The notes under the pieces were generated by a model. It made no database searches. It was not told the origin of the DNA and worked only from the letters and a program-made list of their open reading frames with translations. Positions 11,184 through 22,595 of a stretch of DNA of 64,000 nucleotides are shown one piece after another. A program made the position numbers and the translations under genes. Each line of letters begins with the position of its first letter. Within the stretch, counting starts at the first letter, position 1. The stretch is from Podarcis cretensis. Taxonomy: Eukaryota. The stretch lies in the NCBI GenBank assembly GCA_951804945.1, contig OX638149.1:103478001-103542000 (forward strand), written 5' to 3'.

Positions 11184-11407
11184 TATTATGGGGGCGTCAT
11201 GCCTGGGAACTATAGATACTGTTCACAATCCTGCAAATAAGTGTGGAAGACCAAGGCATGGAAGATCAAGGATTTCAGTGGCCTTGCTTTAGCCTACTGA
11301 AGTCTGTGCTGGATTGCAGCTGCTACATTCAAGAAAGAAGTGGTTCTGGGATAATGAGCTACATTAAAGCCTTTCCCATCAGATTAGAAAGTGGTGTAAC
11401 CAGAAGT

Positions 11408-12008
11408 TTATTTATTTAATATGTCCACCATGAGCTCTTCAAAGCAGCTGACAAGAGAGATAACATAATAATCTAACAGTTTAAAACATCCCTTGCAATC
11501 TGACACTGAAAAACCTAAAACAGGAAATAACAGAATACAGCAGCAATAAAAACAATTCGAAACTGAGAGACGGAATAAGTTCAGTAAAACATCAACCCAA
11601 ATGTCTTCCTAAAAAAAAGAAAAAAAGGTTTTTGACAATTTAACAAAAGCCATTAGAGAGGTGGCCTATTATGGGCTTCCCTTGGACACAACCACCACAA
11701 AGCTGTCTTGGGGGACATTGGGAAGGCCTCCAGAGATGATTTCGGTAGGTGGTCAGGCTTTTGTGGAAGAAGGTGGTCCTTCAGATAACCTGGTTTAGGG
11801 CTTTAAAGATCATCACTAGCACTTTGAATTATGCCCAGAAAGAAATTAGAAGCTGGTACAGCTGGTTCAACAAAAGACTTACATTCCCCCTATATGAAGG
11901 CCTTCATAGCCTAGCCACCACATTCTGAACCATCTGTAGATTTGAAAACTCTTCTGAGGCAGCCCTTTGCAAAGTGCATTGCAATAATACAGATGTGGTG
12001 TAACCAAG
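11408..12008 (-). mobile_element. old degraded L2 LINE 3' fragment
   Basis: Minus strand gives VTPHLYYCNALCKGLPQK, resembling the L2 motif VTSRLDYCNALYxGLP; it ends in a (TAAA)-type tail at ~11408. Confidence 0.65.
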
Positions 12009-12129
12009 ATATTTATCATATAATATTACAGACTCCAAATTCATATTGAATTAATGTGCTCAGTCCATTTTTCTTTTGCAGTCTTTGATCTAAATAAAAA
12101 ACAGTGTGTGCTTTGATGCACAAACGACC

Positions 12130-12219
12130 TTTCCCATTAATTTCAATAGATAAGAGATCTGGGTACATGCATCCCTTGTGTATGCTCACCTGAGCTATCC
12201 ATTGAAATTAATGGGGAAA
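12130..12219. repeat. ~90-bp inverted repeat (hairpin-type ancient repeat)
   Basis: TTCCCATTAATTTCAATAGATA ... TATCCATTGAAATTAATGGGGAA. Confidence 0.65.
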
Positions 12220-13714
12220 TTGTTGCAGCTTTGTATGTAAATTTGGATTCCAACAATCAGTTAATGGGTAATACTGACTGGTTACTGTACACCAGCTGTT
12301 GCTTATTTTAATTGGATTTCTACAGTTTGCTGTCTATGTTCCTCTGAAAACGAGTGCAGATAGCCATATATGCACCGACTGACGATTGGTTCCCATTCAT
12401 TCTCTCAGAAGTAGTAGCCATTTTCTCCAAGCCAGAAAAATCACTGTTAAAAGTAATTCTGATTTATAGCCATAAATGGCTCAACATTCTTTGGAGGCTG
12501 GAAAAGACAAAGTTCACTCGGACTTCTACATTTAAACAGTTTCTCTATTGTGCTTTGGGCTATTAAGGGACATTCCAGACTGCTTGCCAATTACGCCCTA
12601 TTAGCGTAGTAGCAATTTCATGGCATTCATGTGACAATCATACTTCCTCCTAAGCAAACCATCACGGCAGTAGTAGCAGCACCACACTTAAAAATAACTG
12701 CTTCCACAAATTATTAGGTGGGGCATCTGAAACGAAACTTAGAAAATACCAATAGCCTAAACTAACCAGCTCTTCGCTGGTAGCTGCATCTAATGCCAAA
12801 GTAGTTTCTTCAGCTTAAAACTCGAACATGCTTTTAAAAAATTGAATTCTTCTTCTTTTTTCTTTTTCCTGTGCTTGGGGAATTTCCCAGCTGTTTGGGA
12901 AAGAGCTAAATATTGTGCTAAAGTCTAGAATAGGGTTTCTGTGCAGACATTCTAAACCAATGCGGTAGTTTCCAGATTTTGTGGACTTCAACCCCATCAG
13001 CCTCAGCCAACACAGCCAATGGTCAGATATGATGAGGGTTGGAGTCACAACATCTGGAGTGCACCATGTTGGCTACTTCTTAAGTATTTGGAGAAATCAA
13101 GAGGTGCATATACATTTACAAACCAGCGGGAATTCTCTACTGGTGCCTTTCACATTTGAGTGTTTCCTAGTGGCCTATCACATCCACTGTACACAGTCTT
13201 CCTTTCTCCAAATTCAGAAATCACTGGACCTAGACAAGATCTTCTCCAATTTTTGGCAAGGTAATGTCCCAGTTAGTCCACTGACTAAAACTTGGGGGAA
13301 TTTATATAAAAAGAAATCTGAGTGGGACTACTTGTAATGTCTGTTGCCCCTGTAAATTTCCAACCAGGCACATACTTGAGAACTTCTGGACTCCATATGG
13401 CTGCTGACACACAGGCAGACAGACAGAAGAAACAAATGCATAGATGTGAAATGCCAACGATTGCAAGAGCTCCTATTTAAACCCCTCCCCAAGGGGATAG
13501 TTTTAATGCCAGATTGAATGTGTCTTACTTTTTCCCTTCATATTTTATACAAAGTCTCCCTAGCATACTTTCAGTCTTGAGCGATCATAAGAGAAATAGC
13601 TTACCACTGTTCACAAAGAAGTCTAAGTGTGTTCCTTTAGAGATCACAAAGAAGCGCTTGAACCTGATTTCTGATCACAATGATGAGGAAAGTCGAATTG
13701 CTGCCTTGCAGTCT

Positions 13715-14079
13715 GGGACGCAGGTGGCGCTGTGGGTTAAAGCCTCAGCGCCTAGGACTTGCCGATCGAAAGGTCGGCGGTTCGAATCCCTGCGGCGGGG
13801 TGCGCTCCCGCTGCTCAGTCCCAGCGCCTGCCAACCTAGCAGTTCGAAAGCACCTCCGGGTGCAAGTAGATAAATAGGGACCGCTTACCAGCGGGAAGGT
13901 AAACGGCGTTTCCGTGTGCGGCTCTGGCTTGCCAGAGCAGCGATGTCACGCTGGCCACGTGACCCGGAAGTGTCTGCGGACAGCGCTGGCCCCTGGCCTC
14001 TTAAGTGAGATGGGCGCACAACCCCAGAGTCTGTCAAGACTGGCCCGTATGGGCAGGGGTACCTTTACCTTTACCTTTT
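13715..14079 (+). mobile_element. Sauria SINE, full length
   Basis: GGGACGCAGGTGGCGCTGTGGGTTAA head (A-box), GGTTCGAATCC (B-box), (ACCTTT)n tail; TSD AGTCT(GG); many CpGs retained. Confidence 0.9.
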
Positions 14080-14101
14080 AGTCTGGAGAAACCGAAAATT
14101 C

Positions 14102-14517
14102 AGAGGAGAGATATGATTTTGTTTGCATTTTAAGTGGCATTCTCAAACCACTATGTGAAATTCAGCACAGCTCTTCTTTGAAGTTCGCACTTCTCTGAAT
14201 ATTTTGATGCAGGACTCCAACCAAAAAACATTCTACGGAACCTTAGGGGAAAGTACATAAACATGCATATATTAGTTAAAATAACATACAAAAGTGCATC
14301 ATGCTAGGGAAAATTCCTTGCAGAAATGTGCACGGTAATATCAAGACTGCATACAAACATACTGGTATCAAATTCCCATTAAAATGCTGATGAATTTGCA
14401 TGAAGATTTATGTATTTTTTAAATCAAATTGCAGCAGAAATGCAGAGAGCTGAGCTGAATATTGGAAGAACGAGAAACTGAGAGAAAAGGGGGAAACTGA
14501 GAGATTGGTTCATCCCT
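14102..14517. mobile_element. degraded non-autonomous DNA transposon remnant
   Basis: Ends ...GAAACTGAGAGATTGGTTCATCCCT with a hAT-like terminus; AT-rich TGCATAT-type interior. Recognised by resemblance only. Confidence 0.4.
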
Positions 14518-16254
14518 TCTTTTCGTCCACCCCCGTGGAATCCGATTTGATGAAGATCAGCCTAGAAATGCTCTAAATAAATAAAGATCTCTAATGTCCA
14601 TTCATTTCCCCCCTTCTGTTTGCTGCTTAAAATAAATGCCTGTGGTTGAGCAACAAGGGTGGCGCTGGGAGAAAAGAGAGGCAAAATGAAACATTCTCCC
14701 TGACATCTTTTACTATCACTTTGCAGCCAAAAGTATAAATGCTGTGTTGTTAGTCAAGGCAGAATCAAGCTCCTGTGTCTTGTTAAACAGAGTTGCACAT
14801 TTCCTGCTCCAGGCCCTCTTTGCAGAACAGTCCTTGTGCCACCTGCTGTAGCTGTCTTTTGAGTCTGGGGGTGGGGGTAAGGTGGGGGGTGGGTGGGAAA
14901 CAGAAATAAGAAGCAGGTCTTCAGCAATACTTTGTAGTGTGAAAGTGCTTTCTGCAGGCTGTGAAAGTGCTCTTCAAAGATCTATCTTGACAACTGTTAT
15001 TACCAATAGTTTTACAGCACTTTCAGGCCGTGATCTTAAGCACATGTGCCTGGATATAATTTCCATTGAAATGATGACATGTACCTTCAAGAACATGCAT
15101 TTGGGATTTAGGTTGCAGGATTGCAAGCCCATCCCTCCCACTCCGCCCTCCGGCATCCTTATGCTATTCATTCTCATAGCACCTTCGTGAGAAATGTCAC
15201 CCAATGACCCTTATATGGACTAGGAATCAAAGTCGGAAGGTCTAAGACAGAGTTCAGCTGGTGTGGTGCAAGGGGTAGCAAGTCAGACTGTAAGACAAAC
15301 TACGTTGTGTGAGGAGGGAGGCATAGGTTATCTTAGCTGACCTTGAACAAGTCACTTTGTTTTCAGCACTCACGTCAGTAAAATGGGCATACCGCCTCCT
15401 AAATGGTGTGAGAACCATCACAAGCAAGATAACAGGAAACAGCAAATTTAAAAGGTTCATTTCCTGGCTGCTTGTATATTTACAATCAAGTGGGGGCTTG
15501 CGTGTGGATTCAAGCTGAGTCCTTGAACAGAATAGGAAAGAATCCGTACCAAAGGCAGAGAATGATCTGCCATTGTGAAAAGCAAGTGGGTGGAGTCAAG
15601 CCAATTGCCCACATCACCTCAAATTATCAGACGAGGCAGTCAGAAATAAACACATGTACACTTTTGTCAACCTGGGGGATGCCTATGCACTAACCAGAAG
15701 TGGATGGGAGGGGGACCTCAGATCCTCAGAGCTGAAAGTAGCCCTGCAGGTGTGGCCACTAGGACTCCTCCAAAGCCAAACCCCTCACCAGCCTTGTTCC
15801 ACGCTCTTTTCACATGTTTTGTCTGGTTGCAATGGGCTCTTGGACATTGATAATGCTTGGGAGTTCTGGTGAATGAATGGCATTGGGTATCTGAGCAGCC
15901 ATGGTAGGCTGCTGTAAAAATGACTGCTCAAATTTTGTGCATTTGCTTACTGGGCATTTCTGGGATCTGTGGAGAACTTAGGCATAGAAGTACTCAGAAG
16001 AAGCACGTAGACAAAAGGTTTTGTCAGTTGGGGAAAAGCGAGAAATGCAAGTCACAATTTGTGGACATCACCATGTATATGATCTTCTCTGCCAGGACCT
16101 GACTTAGATATTCCTCATGTGGTACAGGAAAGAGGGCTATGCCTGCCTAGACAGGAGGTGCTTGGAGTGTGGAGGTGTTGAAAACAGCTGTGTGCACCAT
16201 AGAGACTCTCTGAACCCCTCAGCTAGCCTGCTGCCAGTCTGTTTGGCTTCTGTA

Positions 16255-16413
16255 CATAGGAGTGCCAACTAAGCTGCGACCGTGGGTGCCTGGGGCTGTG
16301 GGTAACATGCAACGTGCATGGCCCTGGCACTGAAATTTGTGGGTGCCTGGACCCTTCATGGGGAATTTTGTGGGTGCTTGGGCACTCAGCATCCCAGAGA
16401 GTTGGCACCTATG
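16255..16413. mobile_element. small MITE with TIRs
   Basis: CATAGGAGTGCCAACT ... AGTTGGCACCTATG with TCTGTA duplicated on both flanks; internal GTGGGTGC repeats. Confidence 0.65.
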
Positions 16414-18030
16414 TCTGTACATGAAATCGGAGAGGACCATCTTGTTTTGCATTTCAGACAACAAAATGTCTTCTTCCAGCGCTGAAGGAAGATTCCTGTT
16501 ATGCTTTTTTTAATGTGTGAGGAGTGACGTGTCAGAATAATTTCTCCAGCCTCATTCCTGGGCACTAGTTTTGTCTTCCTTTAATATCTTCTGTGACATT
16601 CACTACAGCTCCCTGTGGTTTTACAAGCCCTGGAAACCTATGTAAAAACACTGCTCTTAATTGTCAGGTGAGTTATCTCTCCCAACTCCACTCTACATTG
16701 CTGACTTTATTACCTGTCAAGTCCTTGGTGATGGGAGGCAAACTAAACACACAGGGGGGAATGAGCGTCAGCAATAAATGTGTTTTTCATCCTGGCTGGT
16801 TTAAGTTTCAAAGGTGGGAGTCTCTGTTACCTAATCGAGAATGCCTCGCTTCACCACAGGTATTTCAGGTAGATTAATGGCTCACTATACAGTACAAAGT
16901 CAATGATGCAGGGATGTTACCTTGGATGCCACAGGTACAAGGTACAAACTTTGCACCCCACAAGCTTCTTGTTTTGCCTTTCGTCCTTGCATGATAGCTC
17001 AGACTGCTGGTAAAATTTAAACAACCTTAACAAATCCAACAGAGCTACTAGTTCAGGGCTCAGTCTTCTGCCAAAAAGAGCTTCTGGCTAATAGGCACCT
17101 CTTTGAGTACTTTGATCGACCAACAAGGACCCTTAGTAGCAGTGAAATATGTTGTCTCACCATCACCAGTGCTGAAGAAAGAGTCAACTGTTAGTCTGGT
17201 TGCCTGAAGTAACTACTAGTATCTGGAATGAGAGGGCATCAGCCTGTCTTTTGCCTCAGACAGTGAATAGCCTTGGGCCAGCCATGCTACTGAGGATGCT
17301 ATTCTTGGTTGAAAGCAAGGCTTGTGACTCCAAAGAATGAAGTAGGTCCTTTCCATGGTCACTTCTCATTTGTGGTATGCTTTCTCCTTCAAAACCCACA
17401 CTATCTACCATTTTGCCCTCAGAAAGCTTTTCGTTTCACCAGGACTCTTGGGATTAAGTTCTTAGTTCTGTTGTTTTATGTTCACATTTGGATTGCTGGT
17501 ATTCATCATCAAAATGCATAGTGGTAATAATATAATTATAATCACCGGTTATCAGGATTTGAATTGTCTGGAAAGATGGTGAAGAAACGTATCCAGTGAA
17601 TGCAATAAGAAATGTCACAAACATTCGATATGGCTTTTTATTCAGTACTTCTCAGAAACTAAACTTCAGTTATGAGTGGGAAAATGCAGCTACAAAGTAG
17701 GTAAATAGATCTTTTTTTGTGGAACTTTGACAGTCACAGATCCACTGAGACAACTGTTGCCATGCTTCTAGCAACGAAAGGGCAGATATGTTGACCTGAA
17801 GGTTACAGCTCAGAATCCTCTCTGGTATTTTGGTGAGGCATCTTGCATGGGGTGGTCATCCTGCACTTGCCATTTCTTGTAAAGGTTTGGTCACATGGGG
17901 ATTACTTGAAAAATCATATGATGGGGCACATGGAACCATCTGGAGAGTTGACCAGTAGTACCATGTAGCTACAAGGCAAGCTAAATTCTATGATAGACTT
18001 TTGAACTTGTGGGGTGGGATGAATATGGAT

Positions 18031-18294
18031 GAACAGTGTGGTGTAGTGGTTAAGAACGGTGGACTCATAATCTGGTGAACTGGGTTCGCGTCTCCGCTCC
18101 TCCACATGCAGCTGCTGGGTGACCTTGGGCTAGTCACACTTCTCTGAAGTCTCTCAGCCTCACTCACCTCACAGAGTGTTTGTTGTGGGGGTGGAAGGGA
18201 AAGGAGATTGTTAGCCGCTTTGAGACTCCTGAAGGGGAGTGAAAGGCGGGATATCAAATCCAAACTCCTCCTCTTCAACAACAACAACAACAAC
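18031..18294 (+). mobile_element. Squam3-like tRNA-derived SINE, full length
   Basis: A-box TGGTGTAGTGG, B-box-like GGTTCGCGTCT, CORE-like GTGACCTTGGGCTAGTCAC, and a 3' end shared with the 2538 copy; (CAA)n tail. Confidence 0.75.
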
Positions 18295-21102
18295 TTGGCT
18301 TTATCATGTGGGCCAGATGCTGTACATCAGCTTTCCACGTGGTTCCAGTGTAACCCCCTAGGGTTAGGGTTGTAAGATTACAAACAACAAAATGACCATA
18401 GTTAGTGGCCACTCAGTCACAGAAGCTCAAGACATTGCTTGTGCTGTACAGGTAAAACTGATCAATCACATATCTGTAAATTATATATCACAGTGACATG
18501 CAGCTAACAAAACAGATAATTTGATGGAGGAAGGTAAACAGGGAACCTTGCAGGGGTTGCACAGAAAAACCAGACAGCCCAGATCTGTGTTTGCCAGTTC
18601 AATAATCATTCTGCAGAAGCTTCTTTCTTTCAGGGCTTTCCCTGTTGAGTCATTTTGTCTAGTGACAATTCCAGAGATGTTTTTCTTTCCAAACCATGAA
18701 CATAGATCTTCTTTTCTTTTCCACCAGTGAATCATCTGAGGGGGCTTCTCCAGTCCTTACAGATCCCTTTTCTGCCTCTTTCCTTGTTCTCTATACCTTT
18801 TTTTTCCAATGAAGGCAACTCTCCTCTCCCGTGCTGTGTGCACACTGCACCTTTAAAGGAAATTATAAGCACAGTTCCCCCCTCAAAGAATTATGGACAC
18901 TCCTCACAGAGTTATAATTCCCAGCAGTCCGTAACAAACTACGGTGCCCATAATTCTTTGTGGGGGAAAGAATACTTTGAATGTACAAAGCCCAGGTTAG
19001 AGACACAGGTCACAGCAGAGGGTTTGGGGAAATGTAGTCCCAAGACTCCACAATCCCTTCCACTGCTTAAAAAATGGAGACTTGAACCTTCCTCTCTTGT
19101 AAGCAGTCATGTTAGCTGTATGCCTGTAGGGTAGTCGTGACACAAGTTGCACAACCCTTTCCTCCCCAAAGAGTAGCCCTTGTGCAACCAGGGCCAGACT
19201 CCACCCCCACTAAATCTGCTACAGGTGGAAATGAGATACACCCAAAACCAGCCCATCCTCATTTCAACATAGCACCCAAAGTGTCTGCAACCAACTTCCA
19301 AACATGCCCAGATGGCACCTTTGCACAATGAGGTGGTCCACACCACAACAACAGTGCAGAGTTATTTTAGTAGGTTCTCTCTCCTCCTTTCTAAACTTTG
19401 TCAGTGTATATCTGTGGCCTGGCTTGCACACACGATGCTGTGTTGAAAAAGACAAGGGGCCTGCGGTAGACCTGCTGAGCAGGCGAGTTGCAGATCTTGC
19501 AGAGCTGAAACCAAAGTGGAGAAGTGAAACCGATTTCTAAAGAGAATGCACTTTCCACATTCGTTATGCTTTTGTATCTCCCTCTCTGCATTGGAAATTG
19601 CTAGAGATGCAGTTTGGTTCCTGCTCAGCAGCTATGGAAAGGCGCTAGCCAAAGGAGTATGCAGAGCTCTCCAAATATTTACAGTTATTGGCACAGTTCA
19701 CTGATTGGGTTGGAAGGGAGACCAGTTCTTCACTTAATCAATTGATTGACAGATTTTCAGTAGATTCATTTCTTACATTGTCCTCTGAAAGGGAACAACC
19801 TGGGAAAAAAATACGATGTTTAGAACACATTTTGGGAGTATTTTCTTTCTTTTTTTGGAGAAAGGTGTATTAGGTCAGTGTGGATTTTAATTAAGAATTG
19901 ATGTCACTTCACTTTGGTCCTTCTGGCTGCTGCTACTCCCATCTCCCCTTTCTTTTAAGCTTGCTTTGGTTTACATTGATGTTTTGTTTATGCCCGTAGC
20001 TCCAAATAGAAAGGAATCCGGCAGGAGAACTGCAAGGGGGTGGCCTGCAGGACCCAGGCCTGGGTCATTTTGCTCTGTGCTCTGGGTGTACCCGTGGCAG
20101 CTGCATGGTGATGCACTGCCAGTGAGCTGTGCAACAAGTGGCTGATGTCAGAGTTGTGGGAGAGCCAAGTGATAAATTTGCATATGCAAATTTTCTGCAA
20201 ATTGGGCCTGTGCCCAAGCAGCCCTTGAGTATAAATAGTATGGGCTTATATGCATGACTTCTTAATCCACCACTTGTACTTCATGTAGCTCTTATTCCAA
20301 TAAATTCAAGAAAGAGTTAACTGAAAAAAGAAAACTTAGAACGTGGTGAGCAAGACATATTTGATTTTTAAAGGAGCAGGAAAAGGAGGAACATTCTGGA
20401 AATGTAAAAGATTTACATCGTTCAGTAAATTTATAAGTAAACTATTAGTAAACTGTTGGGTATTAATCCGTTTCACCTGTTGTGTCCTTCTTGAACCGAT
20501 TAACCTGCAGAACTGGCAGGGTTCACAGGTTTAAGTTACCTGGCCGGTGGTTTTGGATTAGATCAAAGCAATTAATTTCTGTTTGTAAGCGCTAGGCAGA
20601 GCATGAGCCATCTGCTAAGAAAATAAGTCATCAGCTGCTTTGCAAACCGCAGCAAATTCTGTAGTCACATGAGTGGCTTTAATAGGTCTTGAGTAGCTGT
20701 TGCAAATTTGGGAAAACTTGGCAAACTAATATATTGAAGCTACAGTCTTCTGTACGCTTGTAGTAAGTCCCATTAACCACACTAGGACTTTTCTGAGTAA
20801 ATATGGATTGCAGTCTTAAAAAAACACAAAAAAAACAAGGAAAAAAACCAGCCTAGCACAAACATGATATTGTGCAAATTGCCTTTGTGGGCAGCAAATA
20901 TCCCAAACCTGGTCACATAAAACTTGGGTTGTGGTTTTTGCAAAATGCTTAATAAAGGCAAAGATTGGAGAAATGTTTTAACTTTGGCGTTGTTGTAATC
21001 ATGCTGGTTTATGACTGTAATTAGTCTTTGATTTGATAAAAGTGGGGCAGGTCAACAGCGGAAACCAAGGAATTTTGCCACTAGCTTCAGTGAATTGCAC
21101 CT

Positions 21103-21325
21103 TAAGAACACAGGAAGAGCTTGCTGGAGGAGGCCAATGGCCCATCCAGTCCAACATCCTGTTATCACAGTGTCCAACCACTGTGGGGAAGCCCACAACT
21201 TGGATCTGACCACAACAGTACTTTCCCCACTTGTGATTCCCAGAATCTAGCACTCAGAGGCATACACTGGAGGTGGAACACAGGTATCCTGGATCGTAGC
21301 TGCTGATAGTCTTATTCTCTGTGAA
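21103..21325 (-). mobile_element. CR1 LINE 3'UTR remnant
   Basis: AAGAACACAGGAAGAGCTTGCTGGAGGAGGCCAATGGCCCATCCAGTCC is the RC of a CR1 terminus; an opposite-strand relative lies at ~25100-25278. Confidence 0.6.
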
Positions 21326-22455
21326 AAATTTCTGGCAGTTTTCCCACACTATCTGCATGGTATCCAGTCTTCCCTTCATTCATTTACCTTCCAAGACTCC
21401 CTACAAACAACTAATCAAACATAGGGTTAACTCTGATCTGATTCACACAACCATCTTTCCATGCTGGTGATACAGTGGATGACTGTTGCCTCTTCTTGGT
21501 CTCATCAGTCTCCTTCAGAAACAAAAAGGCACCTTTGGATCCAACTCACGGCTGGGTTATGAATTTAAAAACACAACATAACAAATAGGAAAGCCTTGAA
21601 ATGACCAGTGTATAGCAAAGATACTTTGTGCAAGGATGCCAGATTGTCACGCCAAAACCGATAGGTCTCTGTTTCTGTTCACACATCCATAGAGTGTCCA
21701 TTGCTTGATTTGTCTAACCATGATTCTTCTCTCCTCGATGACTGGCAGATGGATATGTGAGTCTGCCGAAAGGCATTGCGTTGGAAGCGACATCAGGTGA
21801 TGTGGAAGTGCTATCCTCGATATAAGTTCTGCGATAGCACATTCACACATGCAAGTCGCAGCTTGACGTCTTGTTCATCAAGGGACGAGCACAAATGTGC
21901 AAACCGGCAAACTGCAGCACAAGTGCAAGGCATGCTCCAATATTACCATTCACACTTCATTATTGGTTTTGCTTTGTTTATTTGGAAAACGTGCATCTTG
22001 CCATATGACTTTTTCAAAGAAAGCGTCCTTCGTTTGTGCAGCTACATCCTGACAAGTTTTCAGAAGACAGCAATAGTGCTGGAAGGGACACCAGGACATT
22101 CTCCTCACTTTGCATGTGTGAACCAACTTAGTGAACACTGCAACTGCAATTTGCCTCTCTATAAGCTTGCAATACTAGAAAGACATCAATAAATTAATGG
22201 GCAAGGTTTCAACTTAAAAATCACCCTGGTCTCTCAGGGGGTTATTCTTGCCTTCAGTCTTGCACATCTTTTGTGGAGTAATCTGAATGATTTTTTAAAA
22301 TAATAAATACTAAGGCACAATGTGTTCTTTCCCTCTGTACCTGCCTGCCAACCCTTCCACCCTATCTCTGCAAAACCTTTTGCATGCCTTTGCAGCAGCA
22401 ACCAGCCTGCAAGGTAGTTTACCAACTTCGTTTGGCTATTGAAGAGCTTGTAAAC

Positions 22456-22595
22456 NNNNNNNNNNNNNNNNNNNNNNNNNNNNNNNNNNNNNNNNNNNNN
22501 NNNNNNNNNNNNNNNNNNNNNNNNNNNNNNNNNNNNNNNNNNNNNNNNNNNNNNNNNNNNNNNNNNNNNNNNNNNNNNNNNNNNNNNNNNNNNNN
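22456..22595. other. assembly gap (140 N)
   Basis: Run of N. Confidence 1.

Noticed and set aside
14866-14897. G-run cluster able to form a G-quadruplex (also ~42734-42785 and ~59935-59957)
   Set aside because: Common in vertebrate DNA, and nothing links these to function.
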